From assembly GCA_949455995.1 (NCBI GenBank), contig CASUIT010000003.1:1-36997 (forward strand): DNA of 36,997 nt. The letters are read 5' to 3'. How positions within the stretch are numbered: the first letter of the stretch is position 1; the number at the start of each line of letters is the position of its first letter. A model generated the notes under the pieces. That model was given only the letters and a program-made list of their open reading frames with translations. It was not told the origin of the DNA and did no database searches. The stretch is from an uncultured Clostridia bacterium (GTDB lineage Bacteria; Bacillota; Clostridia; TANB77; CAG-508). Positions 1 to 9,950 of the stretch are shown here, piece by piece. The position numbers and the translations under genes were made by a program.

Positions 1-460
1 CATTAATTATTGATTCAATAATTCTTATATGTGGTCTTTTACTAGCTTTCTGATAATCTCCCACTGTTGCTGTTTTTGATACTGGAAGTTTCTTTAATTC
101 TTCTGAATTAACACCTGTATCATACACAAACAACATATTTAAGTCTAAATCAAATCTTAAAAATACTAAATCATCAAAGTCACACCTAGGTCCAAAACTA
201 CTTAAATCATACTCATAGTTACTTGTAGCTTTAAACTCTATTTTTCTACCATCAAGAGATTTGGCATCTCCTCCTGAACTTTTATTCCAAAGAAGATTTA
301 AACAATAGCAACCCATAGGCTCACTTATTGCATCTGGCATATTAATACCTCTTGATACTAGACTTTTTACATATGTATTTAAGTCTTTCCATTTAAAGTA
401 TGCATCACATGTTTCTTGAATTCTTGGCTCGTCTATTTTTATTAAATATTCATCCTTCAT
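1..460 (-). CDS. Bsp6I-family type II restriction endonuclease (3' end runs off the window; missed by the ORF track)
   Basis: Manual translation from ATG at 460 (SD AGGTGA): MKDEYLIKIDEPRIQETCDAYFKWKDLNTYVKSLVSRGINMPDAISEPMGCYCL...GDA...KIEFKATSN..DLSSFGP..FDDLVFLRF. From recall this closely resembles R.Bsp6I. No stop before position 1. Confidence 0.85.
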   Translation of the reverse strand, partial: MKDEYLIKIDEPRIQETCDAYFKWKDLNTYVKSLVSRGINMPDAISEPMGCYCLNLLWNKSSGGDAKSLDGRKIEFKATSNYEYDLSSFGPRCDFDDLVFLRFDLDLNMLFVYDTGVNSEELKKLPVSKTATVGDYQKASKRPHIRIIESIIN

Positions 461-552
461 TTATTCACCTTCAGAGTGTTATTACTCTAATGGCATTATA
501 TACTAAAATTTTAAATTTTTCTACTAATTTTTACAATTAATATATTTTTTAT

Positions 553-670
553 GTAGTGCAAGAATAGGTGTCTGACATACACTCATAAAACACTTAAAGG
601 CAAAGCCTTTACCTTGTCAGATTTTCAAAAAAATGTCAGATTTTTGTCCGACATTTTATATAAGCATTTT
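553..670. repeat. Diverged ~115-bp direct repeat, copy 1
   Basis: Exact GTAGTGCAAGAATAG at 553-567 and 1461-1475, followed by colinear blocks AAAG(G)CAAAGC, TTTT(A)CAAAAA.ATGT and ACATTTT(T)ATA. Confidence 0.6.
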
Positions 671-682
671 TTTAATATTTTC

Positions 683-994
683 TTACTCTCTGTATGTTTT
701 TATAATTTTGGGACATATTGTCCAAATTACTAACTCATCTGCTTTATTGTAAATAAAATTATTATAGTTTGCTAGTTCTATAAAGCTATATGTATTAGGT
801 TTCTTATATTTATTTTTTAATTCCATTATAATAGAATTCCTTAAATCATTATATTCTTTATTTTTTAATTCCAAAAAATCATTTATTGTTCCATTCATTA
901 TCAATTCTTGATATGTTATTGGCTTATATTCTTCTAAATATTTACTATATAAAATTCCATATTTACTTAACATTTTACTTTTCCCTCTATACAT
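683..994 (-). CDS. TnpV-like small protein of mobile elements
   Basis: SKYGILYSKYLEEYKPITYQELIMNGTINDFL matches the TnpV pattern GKYG...YL.E.P..Y..L...G.L...L. The real start is probably the second Met (MLSKYG). Confidence 0.6.
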   Translation of the reverse strand: MYRGKSKMLSKYGILYSKYLEEYKPITYQELIMNGTINDFLELKNKEYNDLRNSIIMELKNKYKKPNTYSFIELANYNNFIYNKADELVIWTICPKIIKTYRE

Positions 995-1302
995 TCAATA
1001 ATCAAATTAATTCCATCTATAAATCCCACTTTATAAAATTTTTCATTTTCATAACCACCAATATTAACTAATTTATTACAATGTTTATCTATTTTCTCTA
1101 ATATTCTTTCCCTATCATTCTCTTTAGCTATTTGGAATATTTCATTTGCTATTTTTTGATAGGTATCTTCTCCTTTTGTTATTTCTGCTATTTTCTTTTT
1201 ATCAATATCATTTAGTATATATAAAACTTCTGACCTAGTATTATACCAAAAATCAGTAACAGATTCTTCTTGAAATGATTTTAATTCTTCCTTATTTAAC
1301 AT
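967..1302 (-). CDS. Hypothetical helical protein (DUF6809-like C-terminus)
   Basis: 111 aa ORF with SD GGAGAG. Ends in a FYKVGFIDGINLIIE motif typical of small Clostridial MGE proteins. Confidence 0.55.
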   Translation of the reverse strand: MLNKEELKSFQEESVTDFWYNTRSEVLYILNDIDKKKIAEITKGEDTYQKIANEIFQIAKENDRERILEKIDKHCNKLVNIGGYENEKFYKVGFIDGINLIIECIEGKVKC

Positions 1303-1460
1303 TTTTCATCTCTCCTTACACTTATTTTTAATGTATACAACCTCATTTCATTCGGTTGCATAAGTTATTTGTAACTCAATTTGTTCAAACAACTAACTTA
1401 ATTCTAACGTGCTCCATTTATAAAGTCTGCCCATTTTCAAAATTTTTTTACTTTTTTCAC

Positions 1461-1580
1461 GTAGTGCAAGAATAGATGTATTACATCTTCCCTTACAACC
1501 TTTGAAAGCAAAGCTTTCTAATAGTATTACTTTTACAAAAATGTATTACAAAAAGGCATACATTTTTATAATATATTTTT
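1461..1580. repeat. Diverged ~115-bp direct repeat, copy 2
   Basis: Colinear with 553-670 (see copy 1). Confidence 0.6.
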
Positions 1581-1872
1581 ATTGCTATAGCCTTACTCTT
1601 TGTAAAATTATATCAATTGTGGACAACCTGTCCACTTTTTTCTTTTATAATTAACTATTTATTTATAAAGCATATTTTTTTCCATATACCTTCACTCTCT
1701 GTAAGGATATACTCATCTAGGACAACTTGTCCCACTTTATATTTAATCGTACTTTTCAATTCAAACTTTACTGTGTGTGTTATTATTTATTATTTTTTTA
1801 TTATTATTACTTATTATTATTTGTGTTAAATTTTTTAACATACTGTAGTTGATATTTTCAACACCTAGTTGT

Positions 1873-2238
1873 TCAAATTTTCAATCTCTTGTTGTCGATA
1901 TTTTCGACTGCTGAATTTTTCAGTACTTTCATGAGTTTTTCTTCATTAATTTTATAATAAGTCTTTGGTGGAATGTCTATATGTTTTATATTTAAAATTC
2001 CTTCTGTTTGTAAAATTGATGTTGCTTTTCTTTGTTTATATGGACTTAATTTTGTACTATTTTCTATGCTCTCTTTCGTCGCAAAAAAGTAACCAAATTT
2101 TAATTCATTTCTTTTTCTAAAATAATTCATTCTCCCATATAATTCGCCTAGCATTACAGCTGAATTTACTCCAAATCTAGTTATCAAATCTCTGTTAGTC
2201 ATTATAAAATTTGTACCAATAATATTTTCTTTTGACAT
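1873..2238 (-). CDS. Winged-helix DNA-binding protein, phage/ICE replication-initiator N-terminal-like
   Basis: SD AAAGGAGG. FGVNSAVMLGEL...GYFFATKESIENSTKLSPYKQRKATSILQTEGIL...PPKTYYKIN pattern. Confidence 0.55.
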   Translation of the reverse strand: MSKENIIGTNFIMTNRDLITRFGVNSAVMLGELYGRMNYFRKRNELKFGYFFATKESIENSTKLSPYKQRKATSILQTEGILNIKHIDIPPKTYYKINEEKLMKVLKNSAVENIDNKRLKI

Positions 2239-2262
2239 AGCATGTCCTCCTTTTATATTTTT

Positions 2263-2302
2263 AAAGAGAAAGTAATTTATAAAACAAAACTACTTTCTCT
2301 TT
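2263..2302. terminator. Hairpin downstream of the truncated spoVD ORF
   Basis: AAAGAGAAAGTA-N16-TACTTTCTCTTT perfect 12-bp stem. Confidence 0.5.
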
Positions 2303-2325
2303 GATTTGATTGTTCTATTTTTTGC

Positions 2326-4089
2326 CTAAATTGTAAGGCTTTTTGAATGTTGCTTAAAATGTAGCGACAAAATGAACCACACACCTCCTTGGTGTCCCCC
2401 CTCTCCTGTTGGATTATATAAAGTAACTAATACAACAACTTGTGGATTGTCAATTGGTGCTACTCCACAAAAAGAAGTAACATATTTATTGGTATTAACA
2501 CCATCTTCAGAAGTACCTGTTTTTCCACCTATTCGATAACCTGCTACTTTGGCATTTTTTCCAGTACCTTCTGATACAACTGATTCCATCATACTTAATA
2601 CTTTTTCTGATGTTTCTTTCGAAATAACCTCACCATTTGTTTTTACTGCTACCTCTTGAATCTCTCCGGTTTGACTATTGATGATTTGCTTTACTACTCT
2701 AGGTTGGATACTTGTTCCACCATTAGCAATTGCTGATATAGCTGTCACTAATTGAATAGGTGTTATTTCAAACCTCTGCCCAAAGCTAATTGTTGCAAGT
2801 TCTACAGGACCTGCTTTTTCTTCTGCTAAAAAAATACTATTTGCTTCTCCTGGCAGATCAATACCTGTTTTATTTAGTAATCTAAATTTATTTAAATAAC
2901 TATAATATTTTGTGACACCTAATTTTTGACCTAATCCTATAAAAACAGGATTACAAGAATTCATTAAACCAACTCTTAAACTTTCTGAACCATGTGGTCT
3001 GTAATGTCTCCAACATTTAATTCTAACACCTGCCACTTCAATGGCTCCTGTACAAGAAAACGAACCTTCTTTGTCAATGTCTGTTACCAAACCTTCTTCA
3101 ATAGCAGCAGATGCGGTAATTAATTTAAAAACAGAACCAGGCTCGTAAGTATCTGTAATTGCTTTATTTCTCCATACTGCTTGCAAATTTTTAGATTTTT
3201 CTGCTTGTTCTAAATTATCCCAATTTTGTTTTAATTCATCTGTATAGGCTTCATAGGGTTGATTTAAATTATAATTTGGATAAGTTGCCATTGCTAAAAT
3301 ATCCCCATTTTGAGGATTCATGACTAAAACATTTCCACCATCTGTACAAACATTGTCGATACAGGCTTCTTCTAAATATTTTTCAACAATAGATTGAATA
3401 CTCAAATCAATGGTAAGTACTAAGTCATCCCCATCTATTGCTGACACATAAGTTTCACCTTCCTTCCCAATTTCACCACCTTTGGCATCTGTGTGACGTT
3501 GTATGGCTCCCTGGATTCCTTTTAAATTTTTGTCATATTTGGCTTCAATACCATCTAATCCTTGATTATCACTTCCACAAAATCCTATGATTTGTGAAGC
3601 AACTGTACTATATGGGTAATATCTTTTGGTATCTTCATCAATATTAATCCCTGTTGTAATTCCATTTTGTTCCATCCATATTCTTAGTTGATCTGTCTTT
3701 TCTTTATCTACCTTTTTTATAATAGTTTCAATAGAACTCCTTTTGCTAACTTTTTTTAATATTTTTTCATAATCTAATTCAAATACATCTGATAAAGTTT
3801 TTGCAACTTTTTCTTTATTTTCTTTACTAATATTTCCTGGATTTACAGTTACGGTTTCTACTGTGCTACTAACTGCTAGAATGTTTGTACCAGTTGCATC
3901 ATAAATAGTTCCTCTTTTAGGATTTATGTTTCTATCTAATGTTTGCTGTTGATATGCCATACTAGATAGTTCTCCTCCTTGTACAAATTGAATACATCCT
4001 ATTCTTACTATTAAACAAATAAAAATAAGAAAACTAATAAATAATGTATTTCTCATTTTCTTCTTACTTGAAAGTTTGATTGTTTTCAT
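2326..4089 (-). CDS. spoVD: SpoVD/FtsI-type class B penicillin-binding protein, C-terminally truncated
   Basis: N-terminal TM, PKRGTIYD, KRYYP, GLDGIE, EPGSVFK (SxxK), SCN (SxN) and GGKTGT (KTG). After HQGG(V) the expected AAP helix and PASTA tail are replaced by WFILSLHFKQHSKSLTI*. Confidence 0.85.
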   Translation of the reverse strand: MKTIKLSSKKKMRNTLFISFLIFICLIVRIGCIQFVQGGELSSMAYQQQTLDRNINPKRGTIYDATGTNILAVSSTVETVTVNPGNISKENKEKVAKTLSDVFELDYEKILKKVSKRSSIETIIKKVDKEKTDQLRIWMEQNGITTGINIDEDTKRYYPYSTVASQIIGFCGSDNQGLDGIEAKYDKNLKGIQGAIQRHTDAKGGEIGKEGETYVSAIDGDDLVLTIDLSIQSIVEKYLEEACIDNVCTDGGNVLVMNPQNGDILAMATYPNYNLNQPYEAYTDELKQNWDNLEQAEKSKNLQAVWRNKAITDTYEPGSVFKLITASAAIEEGLVTDIDKEGSFSCTGAIEVAGVRIKCWRHYRPHGSESLRVGLMNSCNPVFIGLGQKLGVTKYYSYLNKFRLLNKTGIDLPGEANSIFLAEEKAGPVELATISFGQRFEITPIQLVTAISAIANGGTSIQPRVVKQIINSQTGEIQEVAVKTNGEVISKETSEKVLSMMESVVSEGTGKNAKVAGYRIGGKTGTSEDGVNTNKYVTSFCGVAPIDNPQVVVLVTLYNPTGEGGHQGGVWFILSLHFKQHSKSLTI

Positions 4090-4250
4090 AAAAAATCCTC
4101 CTAAATCATTTTATTTAAAAAGATTTTTCTTTATTCAAGTTTTTACTTCAAAAATATTTAGACTACAAAATAAGCAATCTTGTCAACCCTAGTATGTTTT
4201 TTGTTATATAGAAAAATCTTCGATTTTTTCCTAAACATCAAAAAAGTCCC

Positions 4251-4279
4251 TTGAAATAGCGACATTTTTATTATATAAT
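4251..4279 (+). promoter_or_regulatory. Sigma-A promoter of leuS
   Basis: TTGAAA (4251-4256), N17, TATAAT (4274-4279); SD AAGGAG at ~4298. Confidence 0.7.
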
Positions 4280-4312
4280 ATCATTTAGAAAAAATAAAAG
4301 GAGAGAAGATAA

Positions 4313-6709
4313 ATGTCATATAATTTTGAAAAAATAGAAAAAAAATGGCAAAACAAGTGGGAACAAGAAGGAACCTTTTATGCCAAAAAAGACTACACCA
4401 TGAAAAAATGGTATGGATTAATAGAATTTCCTTATCCATCTGGTCAAGGTCTACATGTAGGGCATCCTCGTAGTTTTACAGCATTAGACATTATTGCCAG
4501 AAAAAAAAGATTAGAAGGCTATAATGTTTTATATCCAATTGGTTTTGATGCCTTTGGTTTACCAGCCGAAAATTATGCCATAAAAACAAATGTACATCCC
4601 AAAATAACCACTTCACAAAATATTGCACATTTTACTGAACAATTAAAAGCATTAGGCATTTCGTTTGACTGGTCTAGAAAAATAGATACCACCGATCCCA
4701 ACTATTATAAATGGACACAATGGATTTTTATCCAATTATTTAAACATGGTCTTGCCTATAAAACAACAATGCCAATCAACTTTTGTACAGGTTGTAAAGT
4801 TGGTTTAGCCAATGAAGAAGTAGTAAATGGAGTATGTGAAAGATGTGGAAGTCCTATTGTCCAAAAAGAAAAATCAGAATGGATGTTAAAAATTACCGAT
4901 TATGCGCAAAGATTAATAGATGATTTAGAAGACGTTGACTTTTTAGAAAAAATTAAAACACAACAAAAAAATTGGATTGGAAGATCTGAAGGCGCAGAAG
5001 TAGAATTTAAAATTTCAAAACTAAATAAATCATTAAAAGTTTACACCACAAGACCAGATACTTTATTTGGAAGTACTTATATGGTAATTTCTCCAGAGCA
5101 TCCCATCATTGAAGAATTAAAAAATAATATTGAAAATTTAGAAGAAGTAAAAAAATATCAAGAATTAGCAAGTCAAAAATCAGCTTTTGAGCGTTCTGAA
5201 TTAAATAAAGAAAAGACAGGTCTTGAAATAAAGGGAATAAAAGCAATCAACCCTGCTACCAAAAAAGAAATTCCTATTTGGATATCTGATTATGTATTAG
5301 TTACCTATGGTACAGGAGCCATAATGGCTGTTCCAGCACATGATGTACGTGATTATGAATTTGCAACTAAATTTGGTCTAGAGATAGTTTCTGTATTAGA
5401 AGGAGGAAACATTACAAAAGAACCATATTTAGGAGATGGTACACACATTAATTCTGATTTTTTAAATGGTCTTAACAAGCAAGAAGCCATTTCTAAAATG
5501 ATTACTTGGTTAGAAGAAAATAAAATTGGTACAAAAAAAGTAAATTATAAACTACGTGATTGGGTATTTTCTCGTCAAAGATATTGGGGAGAACCTATAC
5601 CTATGGTATATTGCAAAGAATGTGGTTGGGTTCCTATTGATGAAAAGGATCTACCTTTGAAATTACCAGAAGTAAATGAATTTACACCTGGTGAAAATGG
5701 AGAATCTCCTTTAGCAAAACAAACAGATTGGATTAATACAACATGTCCTCACTGCAAAAAGCCTGCCAAAAGAGAAACCGATACTATGCCACAATGGGCA
5801 GGTTCTTCTTGGTACTTTTTAAGATATATGGATCCTCATAATGATAAAGAGTTAGCTTCTAAAGAAGCATTAAAATATTGGTCTCCTATTGATTGGTATA
5901 ATGGAGGAATGGAACATACTACCCTACATTTATTGTATTCGCGATTCTGGCATAAGTTTTTATATGATATTGGTATTGTTCCAACAAAAGAACCTTATCA
6001 AAAACGTACTTCTCATGGGATGATTTTAGGGGCAAATGGAGAAAAAATGTCTAAATCAAAAGGAAACGTTATTAATCCAGATGATATTGTTCGTGATTTT
6101 GGAGCAGACACCTTTCGTGTTTATGAGATGTTTATGGGACCATTTGATCAAATGGCAAGTTGGTCTATGGATAGTATTCGTGGTTGTGCTAAATTTTTAG
6201 ATCGAGTTTGGAATTTACAAGACAAGCTAGTAAAAGGAAACACCTATTCAAAAGAAATAGAAAAATTAATACACCAATCGATAAAAAAAATTACGCATGA
6301 TATTGAAGATATGAAGTTTAATACTTGTATTTCTACTTTAATGACAATGGTAAACGAATTTTATAAAATAAAACAAATAAATCATATAGAATATAAAACT
6401 TTCTTAATCTTATTAAATCCTTTTGCACCACATATTACAGAAGAACTTAATCAATTAGCTGGATTTGAAAAAGAAATTGCTAGTTGTTCATGGCCTAAAT
6501 ATGATGAAACAAAAACAATAGCAAATGAAATAACATTACCAATTCAATTTAATGGGAAATTAAAAGCAACGATACAAATCATTCCAGATGAAAAAGAAGA
6601 AATAATAAAACAAAAAGTCCATGATGAAATTCACTCTAAATTAGAAGGTAAAACCATTCTAAAAGAAATTTATGTAAAAAATAAGATTTATAATATTGTA
6701 GTAAAATAA
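4313..6709 (+). CDS. leuS: Leucine--tRNA ligase
   Basis: [13 protein letters not shown] (HIGH), [47 protein letters not shown]. Confidence 0.98.
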   Translation: MSYNFEKIEKKWQNKWEQEGTFYAKKDYTMKKWYGLIEFPYPSGQGLHVGHPRSFTALDIIARKKRLEGYNVLYPIGFDAFGLPAENYAIKTNVHPKITTSQNIAHFTEQLKALGISFDWSRKIDTTDPNYYKWTQWIFIQLFKHGLAYKTTMPINFCTGCKVGLANEEVVNGVCERCGSPIVQKEKSEWMLKITDYAQRLIDDLEDVDFLEKIKTQQKNWIGRSEGAEVEFKISKLNKSLKVYTTRPDTLFGSTYMVISPEHPIIEELKNNIENLEEVKKYQELASQKSAFERSELNKEKTGLEIKGIKAINPATKKEIPIWISDYVLVTYGTGAIMAVPAHDVRDYEFATKFGLEIVSVLEGGNITKEPYLGDGTHINSDFLNGLNKQEAISKMITWLEENKIGTKKVNYKLRDWVFSRQRYWGEPIPMVYCKECGWVPIDEKDLPLKLPEVNEFTPGENGESPLAKQTDWINTTCPHCKKPAKRETDTMPQWAGSSWYFLRYMDPHNDKELASKEALKYWSPIDWYNGGMEHTTLHLLYSRFWHKFLYDIGIVPTKEPYQKRTSHGMILGANGEKMSKSKGNVINPDDIVRDFGADTFRVYEMFMGPFDQMASWSMDSIRGCAKFLDRVWNLQDKLVKGNTYSKEIEKLIHQSIKKITHDIEDMKFNTCISTLMTMVNEFYKIKQINHIEYKTFLILLNPFAPHITEELNQLAGFEKEIASCSWPKYDETKTIANEITLPIQFNGKLKATIQIIPDEKEEIIKQKVHDEIHSKLEGKTILKEIYVKNKIYNIVVK

Positions 6710-6719
6710 ATTATTTTTT

Positions 6720-6758
6720 GCCTATTAGTACTTAATTTTTAGTTCTAATAGGCTTTTT
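6720..6758 (+). terminator. Rho-independent terminator after leuS
   Basis: GCCTATTAG..ACT / AGT..CTAATAGGC stem followed by TTTTT. Confidence 0.75.
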
Positions 6759-6929
6759 AATAATCTCCATTCATTTTAGACAACTGTGAATTGTAACATT
6801 AGAGTTACTTTTTTAAAATTATATTGTCAAGATACTGTCATTAAACTGTAAAAAATATTTAATATTTCTGAAATACACTATTATCATTTTTATAGTATAA
6901 TAAAATTAAATGATAATAAGGAGATAATT

Positions 6930-8041
6930 ATGAGCATAGAAACAGATTTAAAAAAAGATGGAATTGAAATTACACAATCATTAGACACATTAAAAATTAA
7001 TTTAATAGCACGTAATATTTCTCAAAAGATTTGTGAAACATTTCCTAAATTGCGGTTTTAATCAAAATGAGTTATTTATTCGTTTATCTAGGCTAAATAT
7101 GTATAAAGCAAAAATGCCAGAGCGGAATGGCTGAAGCAAAATACTTTTACAAAAATGCGTCTATTTATTTTAATGAACATATTTCGGATGAAGATTTAGA
7201 AGAATTTGCAGTTCATGAATGTATTCATTATCTTCAAGAAATAAAAGATAAAAGAAATTATTTAATAAGAATGGGGCTTTGTGATTATACAGAATTCAAA
7301 ATATATGGCTTAGGATTAAATGAAGCTGCTGTACAGTTAATGTCCTCTAAAATTAATGGTATTCCAAAAGAATACGTGAAATATTTTGGAATTAGTTTTG
7401 AAACCATCAGTCCTTCTTATTATCCATTAGAGTGTTGCTTAGTTAATCAATTAGCATACATAACTGGAGAAGATGTTTTATTTGAAAGTACTTTAAAAAG
7501 CATCGATAAATTCAAAGAGATTCTTAGTAAGGAGATTTCATCAAAGGCATTTATGTCTATTCAAAATGCTATTGACGATATTTTAGAACATGAGGAAACG
7601 ATTGTTAAAATAAATAATAAAATTTCTCAAATTGATGACAGAAATAAAAAAGTAGATGGTCTAATTAAAAAAATTGATGAATTAAAAAAAGAGATAACTT
7701 TAACTTTTATGAGGACACAAAATCTTATTATTTCTAGTTATTTTGATACAAGTTTTGATAAGATTATGGATTTAGAAGGACTTGAAAATTATAGAAGAAA
7801 ATTATATACATTTAAAGATTTAATTGGTTCAACAGAAGGTTATACCTTTTTTAATGATTATTATATCTCAAAAATGGAACAACTAGAATATAAATATAAT
7901 TTATTAGAAAGTGGACAGTTTGAAGTAGAAACTGCTCTTAAAGTAATTACCAGAAAAGAAAATGTATGGATGCGTTTCTTCAAAACACTAAAAAAACTTA
8001 TTTTTGGTGCAAGTAGTAAAGAAGAATTTGATATAAAATAA
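6930..8041 (+). CDS. HExxH (gluzincin-like) putative metalloprotease, 369 aa when two CGGN sites are read as Gly
   Basis: SD AAGGAG then ATG at 6930. In-frame CGGT at 7053-7056 and CGGA at 7123-7126 each shift +1 and join the 7127-8041 ORF (AVHECIHYLQ ... GLNEAAV). ATG 7127 has at best a weak SD. Confidence 0.75.
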
Positions 8042-8093
8042 AAAACACATTTTAAAGTAAAATTTAGGATAACTAAATAAACTTGTAATAGAA

Positions 8094-8133
8094 TAAAAAA
8101 ATAGTAATCTACAAAAAGATTTACTATTTTTTT
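8094..8133. terminator. Bidirectional terminator between convergent genes
   Basis: AAAAAAATAGTAATCT-acaaaa-AGATTTACTATTTTTTT, overlapping the SOD stop codon. Confidence 0.55.
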
Positions 8134-8579
8134 ATTCTACCACAAGCAATTTTAGTTCCAGAGTTCCCACTTGGTTGAGAGGTAAAGTCATCAGGAGAAT
8201 CATGAATTATAATAACATGACCTAAAATATTTTTTATTTCAAATTTGTTTATTAAAACACTCATATACGCATAGCCATTATTTTCAAGTAAAGGAGGTAA
8301 ATCTCCAATATGAAAAGGATGAGGGCAATTGGTAAGATTTAAATGTGATTTAGCATTTGCAAATTCATCATTTGCATTTCCTGTACAAGAAGTACCTTCA
8401 TGAATATGAAAACCAAAAAATTTGCCAATACAATTGTTCGATTGAGGCAAATTAGTTACTTTAGCAGTAACTAATACACCATTTTTGGTCTCTTTAAAAG
8501 TAACAATTCCATTAATATTAGGATATTTTTTCCCACCTTTTATATAGGCTTTTGCATGGTTAAAAATATGTGTAAACAT
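8124..8579 (-). CDS. sodC: Cu/Zn superoxide dismutase family protein without signal peptide
   Basis: GFHIHE, SHLN, HPFHIGDLPPL, IIHDSPDD, SGNSGTKIACG. SD AGAGGTG precedes ATG 8579, which is preferred over 8654. Confidence 0.85.
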   Translation of the reverse strand: MFTHIFNHAKAYIKGGKKYPNINGIVTFKETKNGVLVTAKVTNLPQSNNCIGKFFGFHIHEGTSCTGNANDEFANAKSHLNLTNCPHPFHIGDLPPLLENNGYAYMSVLINKFEIKNILGHVIIIHDSPDDFTSQPSGNSGTKIACGRIKK

Positions 8580-8659
8580 GGTAAACACCTCTTTTTTAAT
8601 AGTATATTCCATAAATAAATTATGGTTACTACTAATATGTTGTGTTGTTATCATAAAGC

Positions 8660-9943
8660 CTAGGAAGATGCTTTGCCTATTTTAGCAATACTCATCTCTA
8701 TATATTTTGCTGCCTCTCTTCCAGAGTATGCTGCCCAAGCTACTGTCGATTTTATTCCTGCAAGATCGCCACCAGCATATATTTTTGGATTAGAAGTTTG
8801 ATAATTTTCATTAATTTCAATATTTCCCCATTTGTTTGTTTTTAATCCTAATTTTTTAACATAAGGTTCCACTTGTGAACCAAGTGCCATTATTACATAA
8901 TCTGTTGCTATTTTATAATTGCTATTTTCGATATTAACAGGTACTAGTCTGCTTTCTTTTTCTTTTTGTACCAATCGTGTTTTCATTAATTCTAATTTTT
9001 CTACTTTTTCTGTTCCAATAATTTTTACGATATTATTTTGAAATAAAAATTCAATTCCTTCTTTTATGGCATCTTGTACTTCTTTGTCCTCGGCTGGCAT
9101 TTGTTGTCTGGCTCTTCGATAAATAACTTTTACTTCTTTTGCTCCTAATTTTTTAATGGTTCTAGCACAATCCATCGCTACATTTCCTCCACCAATTACA
9201 GCAACTCTCTTCCCTTCATATTTAGGATGTAAGTTATATTCTAAAAGTTCATTTCCTCCAAATACCCCTTCTAGTTCTTCTCCTTGTATTCCCATTTTAC
9301 AAGATTGATTGGCTCCTATACTTAAGAAAATAGCATCATATTGTTTTTCTAAATCTGGTATAAAAATATCCTTTCCTAGTTGATGATTGTATTTTACTTT
9401 TATGCCTAATTGCAAAATTTTATCTACCGTTTTTTGTACAATTTCTTTTGGTAAACGAAATTCTGGGATCCCATGTACCAATAATCCCCCTAAATAATGA
9501 TATTTTTCATAAATAGTTACTTGTATTCCTTTTTTAGCCAAAAAAGCACTTGCGGTTAAACCAGCTGGTCCCCCACCTATCACAGCTACTTTCTTATTGT
9601 TTTTATTGTTTTTTAATTCTTTTTCATAACAATTTAATAAACTTTTTTCTTCTTTTGCCATAACATCAAAGGTGTACGCCTCTAACTCACCAATGGACAC
9701 AGGCTCTGCTTTTATGCCTCTTATACAAGATCCTTGACATTGTTTTTTGTGTGGACAAATTCTTCCACAAACGCCTTGTAATACTGTTGTTTCTGATAAT
9801 ATTTCATAGGCTTTTTGATAATTTTCTTTTCTAATTTGTTCGATAAATTGTGGAATATGGTTTCCTAAAGGACACCCCTTTATGGCACATGGATTTGTTT
9901 TACAATTTAAACAATAATTTGATTTTTCTTTTATTTCTTCCAT
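8660..9943 (-). CDS. GltD/SudA-like Fe-S flavoprotein, NAD(P)-dependent oxidoreductase
   Basis: CLNCKTNPC..GCP, CGRICP..QCQGSC, GGGPAGL, GIPEFRLP, GGGNVAMDCAR, YRR, YAGGD. Confidence 0.88.
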   Translation of the reverse strand: MEEIKEKSNYCLNCKTNPCAIKGCPLGNHIPQFIEQIRKENYQKAYEILSETTVLQGVCGRICPHKKQCQGSCIRGIKAEPVSIGELEAYTFDVMAKEEKSLLNCYEKELKNNKNNKKVAVIGGGPAGLTASAFLAKKGIQVTIYEKYHYLGGLLVHGIPEFRLPKEIVQKTVDKILQLGIKVKYNHQLGKDIFIPDLEKQYDAIFLSIGANQSCKMGIQGEELEGVFGGNELLEYNLHPKYEGKRVAVIGGGNVAMDCARTIKKLGAKEVKVIYRRARQQMPAEDKEVQDAIKEGIEFLFQNNIVKIIGTEKVEKLELMKTRLVQKEKESRLVPVNIENSNYKIATDYVIMALGSQVEPYVKKLGLKTNKWGNIEINENYQTSNPKIYAGGDLAGIKSTVAWAAYSGREAAKYIEMSIAKIGKASS

Positions 9944-9950
9944 TTCTTTT

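Larger units (their letters stand above)
1..2380. mobile_element. Right part of an integrated element inserted in the 3' region of spoVD
   Basis: Cargo of a restriction enzyme, TnpV-like and wHTH ORFs. SpoVD similarity stops abruptly at about 2380. No integrase in the window; the boundary is approximate. Confidence 0.6.

Noticed and set aside
6879-6918. Fur/PerR-like box (ATTATCATTT...AAATGATAAT) upstream of the 6930 gene
   Set aside because: Half-sites are in the wrong order and too far apart for a Fur box; could be chance in AT-rich DNA or a simple hairpin.
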